A DNA stretch of 64,000 nucleotides from Hydrolagus colliei (taxonomy: Eukaryota): assembly GCA_035084275.1 (NCBI GenBank), contig CM068753.1:5890001-5954000 (forward strand), read 5' to 3'. Positions 25,770-37,844 of the stretch are shown piece after piece. Under the pieces are notes generated by a model, which did not search any database, was not told the origin of the DNA, and worked only from the letters and a program-made list of their open reading frames with translations. Position 1 is the stretch's first letter; every line of letters begins with the position of its first letter. Position numbers and translations under genes: made by a program.

Positions 25770-26678
25770 TTACCCTCTCTTAGGTCTAATTAGAATTGCC
25801 TGCACATCCATGACATTAGTACATGTCAGGCCAGTTATAATCAGATTAGATCCATTGTTAAACTTGCTGAAGAATGTAAAGGAATCATTGTTACTGAGAA
25901 AGTCCTCTACATTGAGCCCTTCACTTATAGCCTCATCAACCAGCTCGGTGTGAGCTACTGCCCCAGCAGCTTCTGTAGGACCATCCTGCCCATCTGTCCC
26001 ACCGCTAAGAAAAACAACTTCATGCTCTGAAAGGGGGTCCTGTGACCTTGTTAATTTTGCTTTATGCAATTCAAGGGCTACAAGCAAGGCCATCTCCTGA
26101 TTTCGACCTCCTTTACCTTTGCCCCGTAGCATTACTGTCGTCTCACCTCCTGCCAGTAGGCAAATTGGCCTCCCAGAAACTCGAGACTCTTCCAAAGCTG
26201 TCTGGCAGCTATCTAGCTGGAAGTCAGGAATGTCCACCATAGCGATAGTCTGCATGATTGCATCTTTCAGGTTGCCATGGTGGACATAATTAGAATCTGC
26301 TAGAGTGGAACATGCATACTGAATCAACATACTGTATAATTTGGCCACAGACCTGACATCCCCACTCATTGCAGTAGACAAGACAGAAGTGTTATAACCC
26401 AAGCTTTCAGATTTACATTTTGCTTGTTTTAACGCAATTGCGTTTGATCCAATAATAAAATTGTAGACATGCCCAAAGTCATGGCTTTCTCCAGAGGTAG
26501 TACTCCCTTTAGCCTGAGAAAGAACTTCTTTTACAGATCCATGTATGGATGACTCCATGTTATATTTTGATAGAATCTTGTAGCAGTCTTCTGTTCTATG
26601 GGAGCTTGGTGCAGTAGGACCACTGGCAATAATATCCAGAGAATCTCCAATAACATCAGACATGATAAGACTGACCAC
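25770..26678 (-). CDS. GLYCTK: Glycerate kinase (MOFRL family), last coding exon
   Basis: VVSLIMSDVIGDSLDIIASGPT, LLAGGETTV, GKGGRNQE, FLSGGTDGQDGPTEAAGA, NNDSFTFF, TNVMD motifs; acceptor ttttggcag|. Confidence 0.97.
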   Translation of the reverse strand: MVSLIMSDVIGDSLDIIASGPTAPSSHRTEDCYKILSKYNMESSIHGSVKEVLSQAKGSTTSGESHDFGHVYNFIIGSNAIALKQAKCKSESLGYNTSVLSTAMSGDVRSVAKLYSMLIQYACSTLADSNYVHHGNLKDAIMQTIAMVDIPDFQLDSCQTALEESRVSGRPICLLAGGETTVMLRGKGKGGRNQEMALLVALELHKAKLTRSQDPLSEHEVVFLSGGTDGQDGPTEAAGAVAHTELVDEAISEGLNVEDFLSNNDSFTFFSKFNNGSNLIITGLTCTNVMDVQAILIRPKRG

Positions 26679-28149
26679 CTGCCAAAAAGAACAGATACTA
26701 TACTTTCAGGTTGTTTATTTCATAGTCAACTTGCATTGATACAGTGACCAGTTGTGTCATGTAAAGTACCCTTAAAGTGCATCTCGTAATGTACTTCATT
26801 ACCACAAACCTTTCCACATGTCCAGCTCTGATGAAGTGCACAAATATCAATAAGAGCACCCAGATAAAGACCTATTACCTCCACAAAATACAGTCAATTC
26901 ATTTTATTGTATATTCTGCAAAGAGCTTTGAGACGTCTTGAAGATGTTTATGGCGCGATAATCATATGCAAGGATAAATATTATTTTCTTACACAGATGA
27001 TAGCTAGAATATTGAATTCTCTGCCACTAACTTTTGTTGAGGTAGAAGCTATCATTATTTTGAAAGATAATTAGATGCTTGAAAAGAGGAATATTAAAGT
27101 GTATGGGGAGAACACAGCAGGGGAATTAAATTAGGGAGCTCATATGGGGGAAACACCATCACGGAGATTAGGCTAGTAGCACATGGTGCTATCAGTTCAT
27201 CGCACCTTTTTTTCTCCTCCTTATTTTTCGTTCGACTGCATCATTGTTGTTCCTGTCCTCGGAAAGTGGCCCATGTGGTCATTGTTTCTATAAGCTTTAA
27301 GTGTTGGAAGCCTTTTTGAAGCTACGCTACCAGAATCTACTGCAGCCATTCATGATCCGGGACTCACCCAGTGCTCAAACACAGCGACCGTCATGGATAT
27401 TGATAAGAAGCAAGAACCTTGACTAGTTTCCTCTCCATAACCTGGGGCACTGAATCCAATAGATACATTTCTAATCTTATTACAGGTATTTGCATCACAA
27501 ATTCTCAGAAGCTCTAACTCGAACAATACGCTTTCATCCTCAGCATCAGTAAATAGACCGGGCACAGCAAGAATGATAAGTTTTTGTTGTTCAAAAGTGG
27601 GGTGGTAATGGATGGATCTTCAGATATCAAAACAAGCCTCTATTTTGGTGTTTTAATACTAAATATATAATAGTGCTTTTCATGAATGCCTCCCGATTTG
27701 ACAGGAGCTATATAGATGTAAATTTGTTGTTGTTGCATTGAAACACTCTAATCATGCAGCAAGCTCATTCAGTGATTCACAGGAACAAGGATGGACCATT
27801 CAGCCTGTTCTGAAAGTTAATTACATCATGGAAGAGTTTTTTTTCATCCTTTTTTAAAAAATAGTTCAACTCTATACCTCAGAAGCACAAAATGTAGACA
27901 AGTAAATAGGAACCCAGTTGTTAGTCAATTGGTGGATAGCTTTTCTGGGGATAATAATCTAACTTTGGTCACTCAATCCATGACCGTTTGTAGGACACTG
28001 CTGCGGGCAATTGGCTGCTGCATTTCGACCACAAATATACAGTCAATTCACAGAATATTACGTGAAGCGCTTTGAGATGTCTAGAAGAAGTGATAAGGTG
28101 TTATATCTAATGCAAGGATTATTATTATAAGAAACAAAAAAATATATAC

Positions 28150-28325
28150 CTGTGCAGGATGGGCTATTTTAGCCAAGCCTCCACCTTTCAGTAGAGAGAG
28201 ACTCTTGCGAACTGTATTGAGTTCATGAATTGTTGCTCCTTTAGCAGCAAGTTGTTTAGTCAGGCTCTGTTTCTCCTGCAAAGTGACTGGTGGGATAGGG
28301 GCTGGCAACAAGGCTGATCCTCCAC
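28150..28325 (-). CDS. GLYCTK: GLYCTK coding exon 3 (176 nt)
   Basis: GGSALLPAPIPPVTLQEKQSLTKQLAAKGATIHELNTVRKSLSLLKGGGLAKIAHPAQ; ttttcag| and |gtatat. Confidence 0.96.
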
Positions 28326-29379
28326 CTGAAAAAATAAATAATTTTGGAAATTCTCATCAGGGTTCCACAGAATGTCAGTGCTTCCATATGCTGTATCCTG
28401 GGTGATGTGGATAAGCACCTGGTGCTCCCAAGTGTGTCATTGGAGGCCAACAGTGAGAAGGGGAAAAATAATATAACTAACAGTTCTATCGCACTTAATA
28501 TCACCTAAGCGACCAGCACTGATAAGCAATCAGGAAGCAGGTGTGCAACCTCTCTTTTTAGCCAGAGAGCACGGGTGGAATTTACATTTATACAGCACCA
28601 TTCATATCAGGTTGTCTTATATAGTTTCATATAGCTGAGCTGTAACTTTAAATATTAGGGGAAAAATAAGATATTTCGACTCCTTGTTCCTTCTGGGATG
28701 TGGTTTAACCAGATCAAATCAAATTTTAGCTCAATACTAGCACTATGCCATGTTGTGCAATTACTAACTGTTTTGGGGTCCGCCGGGTGTCTTGGCATAT
28801 GCAAAAACCCATCGCCATGCTTAATAGTATCCAAACCAAACAGTTTCATGCATCCCACCTATACATGGAAAATTCCAGAGATGTTTATTGGAATGCGTAA
28901 TCCATTCCAATAAGAGCCAAGCTTGGAGACCCCATAGTGTGCCATGCTGGCTGGTCATCAGCAGTGCCTTGGAATACTGGCTCAGGAACTTGATTACTGA
29001 AACCATTTACAGAGGGTTAGCTCAATTCCACCATACCATTGCCAAAGTGCCACCCAGGAGACAATTCAGCTCCAAAGGCTTTCCGCTTATCTCTTCCCCA
29101 GCCCCACCTTGGAGGACAGTCATTAGTTGGTCATTTGACTATGTAACAAGCGTGGATTTCTCTAGGTGGATGGCAATAACAAAGACTAACTGAACAACCT
29201 AAAAAGCTACTTTCATTTAAATTTGTTCCAGTGAATGCTTCAACAATGTGCATCATTGGATGGGCTATAGTTGAATCGAGGATCTAGAACAAAAGGAAAG
29301 GCACCACTCTCACTAAAATGTCTTAGTTTATTCTATGTCTCCAGGATATATAAGAGCTTGTCAGTTTCTAGCACTCTTG

Positions 29380-29695
29380 AATCCACAGCCTTCTGACCCA
29401 GATACAAGTTCCAAATCAATTCTGAGCTCATGGTCCAGGCAGTGCATTGTCAAACATCTTTTGGATAAGATGTTAAAACAAAGGTCCAGCCCTTATCAAT
29501 GAACACGATTCAAAAGACAATGAGTTTCTTATTGTGTCCTGGTCAATAATCCTCCAGATAAATTCGTCATTTACCTCATTGTGGGATTCACTGCACACAA
29601 AACATTTGCCTATCAAGAACAGTCATTATACTACTAATTGTAAACTGCTTTGAGACATTTTGAAGTAATTAAGAGTTTTAAAAATGCAAAATAAA
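29380..29695 (+). mobile_element. Deu-domain SINE (SacSINE1/AmnSINE1-like), decayed
   Basis: cagtgcattgtc...tcttttggataagatgttaaaac...gagtttcttattgtgtcctggtcaata resembles the Deu core; L2-type tail. Confidence 0.6.
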
Positions 29696-30304
29696 TGTGT
29701 CAGCCAGGTGTCTGACACATGCAGAAACCCATCACTATGTTCAAGAGTATCCAAATCATGCTGAGATTTCATTGCATCCCACCTACACATGAAAATCCTA
29801 GAGATAGAATGGAATGCAAACTATTTCCCTGGAGGAACGCAACCTGCTTACCTAATTCTTGAAAGTCTTAGGCTCGGGTTGGCGAGAGCCAAGGTTTGGG
29901 GACCTTAAGAGTGTTCGTTAGGTGCTGCTGAAGGCGAACCGGCTAAAGTTGCATAGGTTGCCATTGATATTACTGTCTGGCAAGCTTTCCCATTGGTTGT
30001 CCAGCTAGGACCACCCTACCTGTTAGGGCTTTGGCTTGCAGGGTTATCAGGTGCTGATTCCCTGCCTCCAGTAACTGGTCTGCCCTTCCAGGTCCTGCAA
30101 ATGAGCCAGTCTGGCTGGTCTATCATCAGCAGTGCACTGGGATACAGTGGATCTTTCTGAGACCGCTACAGAGGGCTGGCCCGATTACAACATTCCGTCG
30201 CCATTCAAGTCATCTTGAAGCCAGTTCAGCCAGTACCTCCTCCCTCCACCGAGGATAGGAAGAAAATGCTAATTATTTTGTGAGAGTCAAAGAATTCCCT
30301 TTAC

Positions 30305-30456
30305 CTGAGATGAGTACAATGAGTAGATCCTTTGTTGTAAGTCCTTCAGCTAAATGCTGGATTCTGTTGGCTGCTGACAGTGCATTCTCATCAGGAAGGT
30401 TATGTTTAGCTCCCTCAATGACTTGAATTTTGGTCTGAGGCTTTAAAAGCATGTCT
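30305..30456 (-). CDS. GLYCTK: GLYCTK coding exon 2 (152 nt)
   Basis: [50 protein letters not shown](G); ccatag| and |gtaaag; phase consistent. Confidence 0.95.
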
Positions 30457-30965
30457 CTATGGAGTTAACAACATTCAATTAAGCAGAGAAGTGTTGCTTA
30501 CATTTTATTAACCAAATGTATAATTTTCCTTTAAACATTGACATTCAAGTGCTGTAAAAATCCACCATATAAAAATTATTCATTCATTTAGCATTTTAAA
30601 TGAATCACTCAAAGACAGTGGTGAATAAATCATCACTCCAATATATAGTTTGACCCTTTCACAATATACCACCACACCATGGTTTTGATAGAACACCGGC
30701 AAGGGTATACCTGATATGCTTCCTTCTTGTGCTGATTGGCTAAATTCTTGCACATGGCTAGTTCTAGGCGGTTTTTGGACATCATTGGCGTCTTTAACAA
30801 CCACCAAAACTGAGAGCAGTTAGTTACTGCTAACTAACTGGCTTCCTTCACACTGCACAGAGGCCCAGCGAACAGCCAAACTAGAACATTAATAATTGTA
30901 ATGCTGGATCACATTTTAATGTACACCACAGGATTGGACTGTAGTTTCAGACTTTGAAAGATGTA

Positions 30966-31341
30966 CAGTAAAAGCCCGTTTATCCGTGTCCCTATCAACC
31001 GGATTGCGCGAGGCAATTCCCCATTCCAGCATTTGCGAGTATGCTCACTTTGCGCATGCTTGCAATGTGTACGCATGCGCACTTATTAAACTTACAAACT
31101 CTGGGTTTTTAACCAATCGGTAAAAAAGGCATTTTTAAAAAAATGCTTTTTTACCGAGTGTGCTGGAATCTTTATTGGTAAGTATCCATACAATATTCTG
31201 TTACTATTTACTATATTATTAATATATGTTTTAAAATAAGTAAATTTTTTGTGTTGGGTTTTCGGCAACTTATCGACCGATTATCCGACACAGTCAATTA
31301 GTCGACCCCCCGCAGGGTGCCGGATAAACGGGCTTTTACTG
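30966..31341. mobile_element. Tigger/pogo-type (Tc1-mariner superfamily) MITE
   Basis: Perfect 21-bp TIR cagtaaaagcccgtttatccg / cggataaacgggcttttactg flanked by TA on both sides; 376 bp; no ORF. Confidence 0.9.
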
Positions 31342-31657
31342 TATGAAGATATCCGAGTACAAAGCTGAGATGTCCCTCAGTGTCTCCAAGTTCTAAGGAA
31401 GATTAGAATCAAGCAGCCAGAGTTTCTATCCAGTGATCAACTGCAAGAAATTGCATCAAACGATAGAGAAAAGGCGAGGGAATGTGACAAAGAGCTACTA
31501 TGAACTAATAAGGTAGGCTCATTGGATGGCATGACCTTACTAAATAAATGGTCTTAAATCATAAAGAGAATGACTTGCACCAACTAATTAATCCAATTCT
31601 CTTTTACTTAACAAAAACTCCCATTGAATACTTGATGGTGGGAGAACTTTCTCTTAC

Positions 31658-32046
31658 GTTTTCCCAGCAGCCCGAAGAACATCCTGAATACCACTCGGGA
31701 CACTGATCACACCTTGCAGCATGTGCTCTCCCAAGAGGTCCTCAGCAGCAACTGCCATTCCCAACACAGCTTTCCCAAAGCCAACCAGGTAGACATTCTT
31801 ATGGACTGGGAAGGTTTGGCTTTGCACAGTTAGCCTCTCACCCTCGACCCGAACATTGTTCCTTATCATAGTCTGAGGTAAAACAGCATTGACTGCCGCC
31901 TGAAAGATTTCCACGCCGTGCTGGGGAAGTGACATTTCTTTGCCAGTGACAGAAACGCTCCAATAATGCTTCCTCAGCTGCCACTTTGTGTGAACCAAGA
32001 GGCGATTGGTATGAAGCCGCAGGTATTGTCCAAAAGGAACAACCAT
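31658..32046 (-). CDS. GLYCTK: GLYCTK coding exon 1
   Basis: NVYLVGFGKAVLGMAVAAEDLLGEHMLQGVISVP; donor AC|gtaag; the exon probably begins at 32084 (ttcttcctcag|); total CDS 1626 nt = 541 aa. Confidence 0.95.
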
Positions 32047-34489
32047 CTTAATGATAGAATCGCTGAGGTCCGCTCACTCCCGTCCTGAGGAAGAATAGAT
32101 GTCGACAAGTAAGATGTTAATATGGGTCAAAGGTATTATTCACTCCACCAATTTTCTTCCCTCTCCTTTTCTCCTGAAAACATTTTAATTCCTTTTCCTT
32201 CCACTGTGGACATGCTTCCACAGGTGCCAGGCTCTGGGACCCACCCGTACTTCATATGTCCATTTTAACATGGACATGGTGTTTCAGGTTAAACAAGGTG
32301 TCACATCTGAGCCAGTTCTCTGTGCTCACACCAGCTATGATTTGCGAGTTACAGACGTCATACCTGGTGTAGCAGTGGGACACCATGAGGTGACCAGCAC
32401 GTGGAAAAAAAGCTATGTTCACTTCCCCTTTCCACTTCCTCCCTTACTCAGCTTCTCTTTCACTTTTTATGAAGCGCTTGAAAACATTATATAGTACTAT
32501 GTGGAGTGTGCTAAACACAGGCAATTGTTGGTGCTGATCAGTGATCCTACTGCAAGTGACTTAGTTTGGGCCTGAGTACGAGGCCCAAGTTGTTGTAAAT
32601 CCTGTTGAGATATTGTCAATGAAGAACCAGCCTGTCATGATCTATATTGTTTAGCCCCTTTAGGATCTTCAAGAATAGCAATATGTCACCTCTCAAACTT
32701 CCCAATTCAACAACGACAACAATAAAATTACATTTGTATAGCATCTTTCACGTCGGGAGGACGTCCCAAGGCGCTGGACAGTCAGTGTTTCAGACCTGAG
32801 CTGGGGTCAGGATCGGGGAGGGTGAAGGGAACAACTTGCATTTATGTAGCGCCCTCCATGCAGAGTGGTGTCTCAGAGCGCTTAACAGTGGCAAAGCCTG
32901 ACTACTTAGTCAAACAATGGCTTGCTTCACATCTCCCACTCGATCCACTCCACCATTGGTTGGCGAGCTTTTGAGTATTCTATCCTCTCTCTCTGGAATT
33001 CCACCCCAATGTCCCTCTGACTCAGCTTCTCACTCCTCACTTTCAAATCCTGTTTCAGTATCCTTCCCTTTCCCCCACCTCGGGTGCCCAGACAGCAGCT
33101 TAACGCACTTGGGAGCCATCCTGACATTATCTAAATATAAACTGTGTTGTATTCGACTGTATAATCATGCATAATGTGATGAGTAGCTCCATATTAGCTC
33201 ACTATCAAGGATGGATGTCTACACACAATGCTGCAGGGAATCTATATCAGGGGCCATGCTGACGAGATATGCCAACCACGTTTTCCTTGACATACTTAAC
33301 TTTTATCCCGCTGAATGAATGAATTACTAATAAAACAGGCAGCTTGCTGACAGTCAGCTAAGGCCATCCGAGTTGAATACAATCTGTGCATTCAAACCAG
33401 TTTTATAAGACACAGGCTGCGAGTTTATTACTGATCTTCTACCATAATATCCAGCATATTGGTTGTCAATTCAGTAAAGAAATTATATTGGGTAAAGCAA
33501 TCTCTTCTACATCCATAGAAGATAAGCATGCCAACTTGTAGAAGGAAAGAACCCAGGCTATTTATATGGACTCATTATATGGATTTATACTGCTGTGAAT
33601 AATAAAAATAATCCTTGCATTTGATATAGCACTTTTCACATCTGTATATTTTGTGGCAGAAACGCGCCAGCCAATTTTGCACAGCAACGAATAAAACGTG
33701 AAACGTGAAAAACAAAAAGTTTAAATATCCCACCCATTTTCCAAAATTAATTTTACTGTTAATCTGCTTTATTCATCGCTGTTTCAAGGTAACAGGAGAA
33801 GCAGCTACAGCAGTTACAAGGTAACTAGTGATAGATGACACTGAAGGTCAATGGTGATCCACTTCTAAAGTACTGTACTGTAAATTATTAATAGAGAGGT
33901 AATGTTGTTTATTTGTAGGTAACATTTTAAAATGAGTTGAGCAAACTTTCCCAAGTTTACACACAGTAAACCAGGTCAAATCATTTGTTTAACAAAACGA
34001 ATTTTAAGTAACAACTGACTTAATGGCAAATGAAGCAAATTCTCTGTTGTTTCTATAATTAAAACCTTAAATGCAACAATTTGGCTCATCAGTAACAAGC
34101 AGCAGTGAATGGATTCTTATTTGCAGCTTCATTGTCTCTCCTAGAGCCCTGTCAAAACTTCTCTGCATTTTCTGAAACTTCTCTCACACACACTTTGCGT
34201 TCCACTCCAATGTTTGCCCGATAGATTTAGAATTACCACAAAATGTATTTACCTTGTCTGGCAGCAAGACTGATGTAAAATCCCAGCTGTGTGGGTCTGG
34301 GTGCAGGATACTGTCATTTTTATCACTGCACTGTTCCCTCCTCCTCATTATAGGTCAGCACATTATCTGGGTGAGAGCATGTCCACATCACATCACAAGG
34401 GCCGCCCTCCTATGGGTGTAAACATTTCAATATACTTTACATGTAAAAGTGAAGTTCTTAATTTTTTTTTAAATGTGATTGTGAATCGG

Positions 34490-34810
34490 GGAAGCCATCT
34501 GCGTATTGCAATGTCCCACAAACAGCCAGAGTGAGTGACCAATTTTATTTGGGGGATTGTTGGCAGGACCCTTGGAAATACTTCCTTCTCATTTTGAACA
34601 GTGCTATGGGATCTTTAGCATCCACCTAGACAGGCAGACGGTCTGGGTTTTAACATCTCATCCAAAGAACATCACCTCTGAAAATACAGCATACCCCAGC
34701 ACTGCTTTGCAGTGTGAGCTTAGACTATTTTAGAGTTCCATTTCCTGACTTGGGGCTTGAATCCGCAACCTTCCAACTCAGAGGAGAATGTGTACCAACT
34801 GAACCACACT
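34490..34810 (-). mobile_element. Deu-domain SINE with tRNA head (SacSINE1-like)
   Basis: Minus strand tggttcagttggtacacattctcctctgagttggaaggttgcggattcaagcccc (tRNA-like head), then Deu-like core ctttggatgagatgttaaaacccagaccgtctgcc...aagatcccatagcactgttcaaaa; further copies at 42190-42440 and 46630-46700. Confidence 0.7.
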
Positions 34811-37800
34811 GATGCAATTCAGGGAGTCAGAAGTAGGTACTGTATATTGTATCGCTCACAAAATCAATCACATCACTGTAAAGAATATCCTCGAAGCACT
34901 TGAGTAGTTGGGAAGACGTGATAATGTGCAATATCAAATGTAAGCATTATAGAATGTACATGAGATGTGAAAGGATCAGTGTTCTATTAATAAAATTGAC
35001 ATTGGCACCTTTTACTTCAGGATTTCTGAAAGTGCTGGAACAATGGAACAATTATAACAGACCTTTGGCTTTGGCAGTCAAAATGTCCATCAACACCCTT
35101 TATTTCCACAGGCCACACACTTAGCACTATTCTGTATGCGCTAGTCCCAAGACAATGGGTGTCAGTCAGCAGGGGTTATGACATCGGGAAGCATCAGTCA
35201 AATCTGATCATGTTAAGTGGGGCCCCAAAACATGACATTGTTTTTACCAACAATGGAACCTCCAAAGGTTATAATTTAATGAACTTCAGTATTAGTTCAT
35301 CTTATCAATGCCTTAAACCTCTGTTCCAGAAAGTTGCTTATTGATGTATTTATCATGCAAACTCAATAAGTGATAGGAATCCTGAAATAACTATTTCGCA
35401 AAAGAATCTAACAAAAGCGAGTCAGTAGGTAAATAGAATTCCTCAAAAGCAAGAATTGTTGGGCGGTGATTCTTCTGGGAGATTCCTTATCTATGAAGTC
35501 ACTCAGCTGAGATCTGTAACTTTTCATATTATATCAGCACAGCAATGTGCTTTTCCACCAGCACTTTAAATGTAACCTGAAGCCAAATTGCATGCATCAA
35601 AACACGAGAAGAAAGCGCAACAGTACCAGGATGGTAGTTACTTGTGTAGATTTCTTAGCAGTTGATCACCTCGCTCAGTTCTGGAGAGCAAGATTCTAAA
35701 ATGCATTGTTAAATCATCTTTAAATGAAGGTACTTTTTTGTACATTACAAACATTACTGCTTAAAATTAAAATAAGCCTGATTACTGAGCAGTAAATTGT
35801 AACCCAGTTATTAGTCAACTTGTGCATTGTTTTCCTGGGATAATAATCCCTCCTCACCAAAACAATATATCATTTGGTAACTCTCTCCATGATTGTTTAT
35901 TGGACACTGCTCTACGCAATTGGCTGCTGAGTTTCACCCACAAAATACAGTCAATAAACTCTGTACAATATATTCTGTGAAGTGCTTTGAAATGTCTCAA
36001 TTATGTGGTACGGTGCTACTGTATATGAAATTTGAGGATTATTATTAAAAAGAATACATCATAATATTCCAATAAATTATACCTTATTAGGATATTTAGT
36101 GCTCCCTATCATAATGTTATAATATTGTTGTGAAAATAATTAAGGTGGTATTATGTAACCCTGATCACCAGAGTTTGTGTAGATGTTTTATTACTACTAT
36201 TTTTGTCACATCTTGACAAAAAATTAAATTCACCCAATCACTGTACCACATTGCGTAATAAATCCTGTGAGTGCTCCATTGTGAAAGCACAATATTTACT
36301 GCAAGGATTATTAATAAAATATTACTTTAAAACATTTAGATAAGAGGATGTTCTGATTTCACCAATATTAGCTGGATACAGATTGCTTTCCAGATATTCA
36401 CGCTCAAAAAGTGAAACAAATTTTTAACTGTATTTACCACATGTTAATATAGGAATCCAATTTTTAAAATAATTTTACATTTTAAATGAATAATATGCCT
36501 TGTTATAACATTGTATCACATCTTTGAGACATCTCAAAGCACTTCACAGAATACACTGTAAAGTCAGTTGACCGGTGCACTGTATATTTTGTGGGGTAAA
36601 CGTGACAGCCAATAGCGCAAAGCACTGCCACACAGTAAATGGTTTAAGGAATCAATTTTATTTTTGAAGTATTACCCCCAGATAAGCGATCTGCCAATTT
36701 ATCAGTCCAGCCAAATATGAGTATAGTTTTGCCTTTAGTTTGACAGACAAAAATGGATCTCTAAATGCAACCAATTACTTAACTGTTGTTTTGACATTTA
36801 TATGGAGGCATTTCAGCTGCTGAATGGGTTAGAGAACTTAATTAAAGAAAAGGTTAATTAGAGGAATTAACCTATTTTGTTCAGTTAGGTATCTGACAAA
36901 GAATAAAATAACCCTTGTATTTGATATAGTTCCCTATCACATGATCAACACATCTTAATAGTGCTTCATGGGATATACTATAAAGTGGCTTGTCTATGTT
37001 TTGTTGGCAAAACATATAGATGATAAAACCACCACCATTAAGAGAAGCCAAACCAAATTACTGAGTTCCACATTTGCATGGAAATTTCCCTTTGTCTGCA
37101 ATGGCATGAAACTGCTCACCAAATTCTACACAGCATCAGATGCAGGTTGGCAACTGCTGAGCCTTGGAGACTCAAGAGCATTTGTTAGTGACTCCTGGAA
37201 GTTAACCAGCTAAAAATCACAGTTTGTCACTGGATGTATTTTCTGGGAAGCTTCTTGTCCAGCTAGGACCAACCTTGGTTATGGTTTGTTGGGTTAGCAC
37301 TAGCAGGAGTCAAATTGGGGTGGGGGGGAAAAACAGCTTGTCGTGCCCAGTTAAACCCTGCTGACTATTCAAACCAATAATAATCCTTGCATTTGATATT
37401 AAGCCGTATTATACCATTGAGACATCTCAAAAGTGCTTCACAGAATATTGCAAAGAGAATTGTATATTGTATGCAAAACTTCAAAATGTGTACAGGAGCG
37501 TCCCAGAAACAGTCACGGACTGAGTAGCCAAATTATTATTATTTTATATGGAAGGAATAATAAAATAGCAACCCACCAATTGACTAGCAAGCAAGTTCTT
37601 ACTAGGTAAACAGAGGGGTGTGGAGTAAGGAAACGTGCCAAGGGTGCCTATCACCTACGTCCTCTCGCTTCGTAAACTTAGACCAATTAAAGCCACCAGA
37701 AAAAGATGTAGAAGTTTATGAAGAACATCTAGAACGGGCAAGTTCTAAACAGCGGGTTCCCAGAAAAGGTTCGAGACCACACTGGCTCACATTTCACCTC

Positions 37801-37844
37801 TCTCACAATCAGAAAGGTTCCTATTAATGTTCAGTCCAATTTAC

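Noticed and set aside
26493-26501. 9-nt complement to the local let-7 in the GLYCTK coding exon
   Set aside because: A single short CDS match is expected by chance and has no other support
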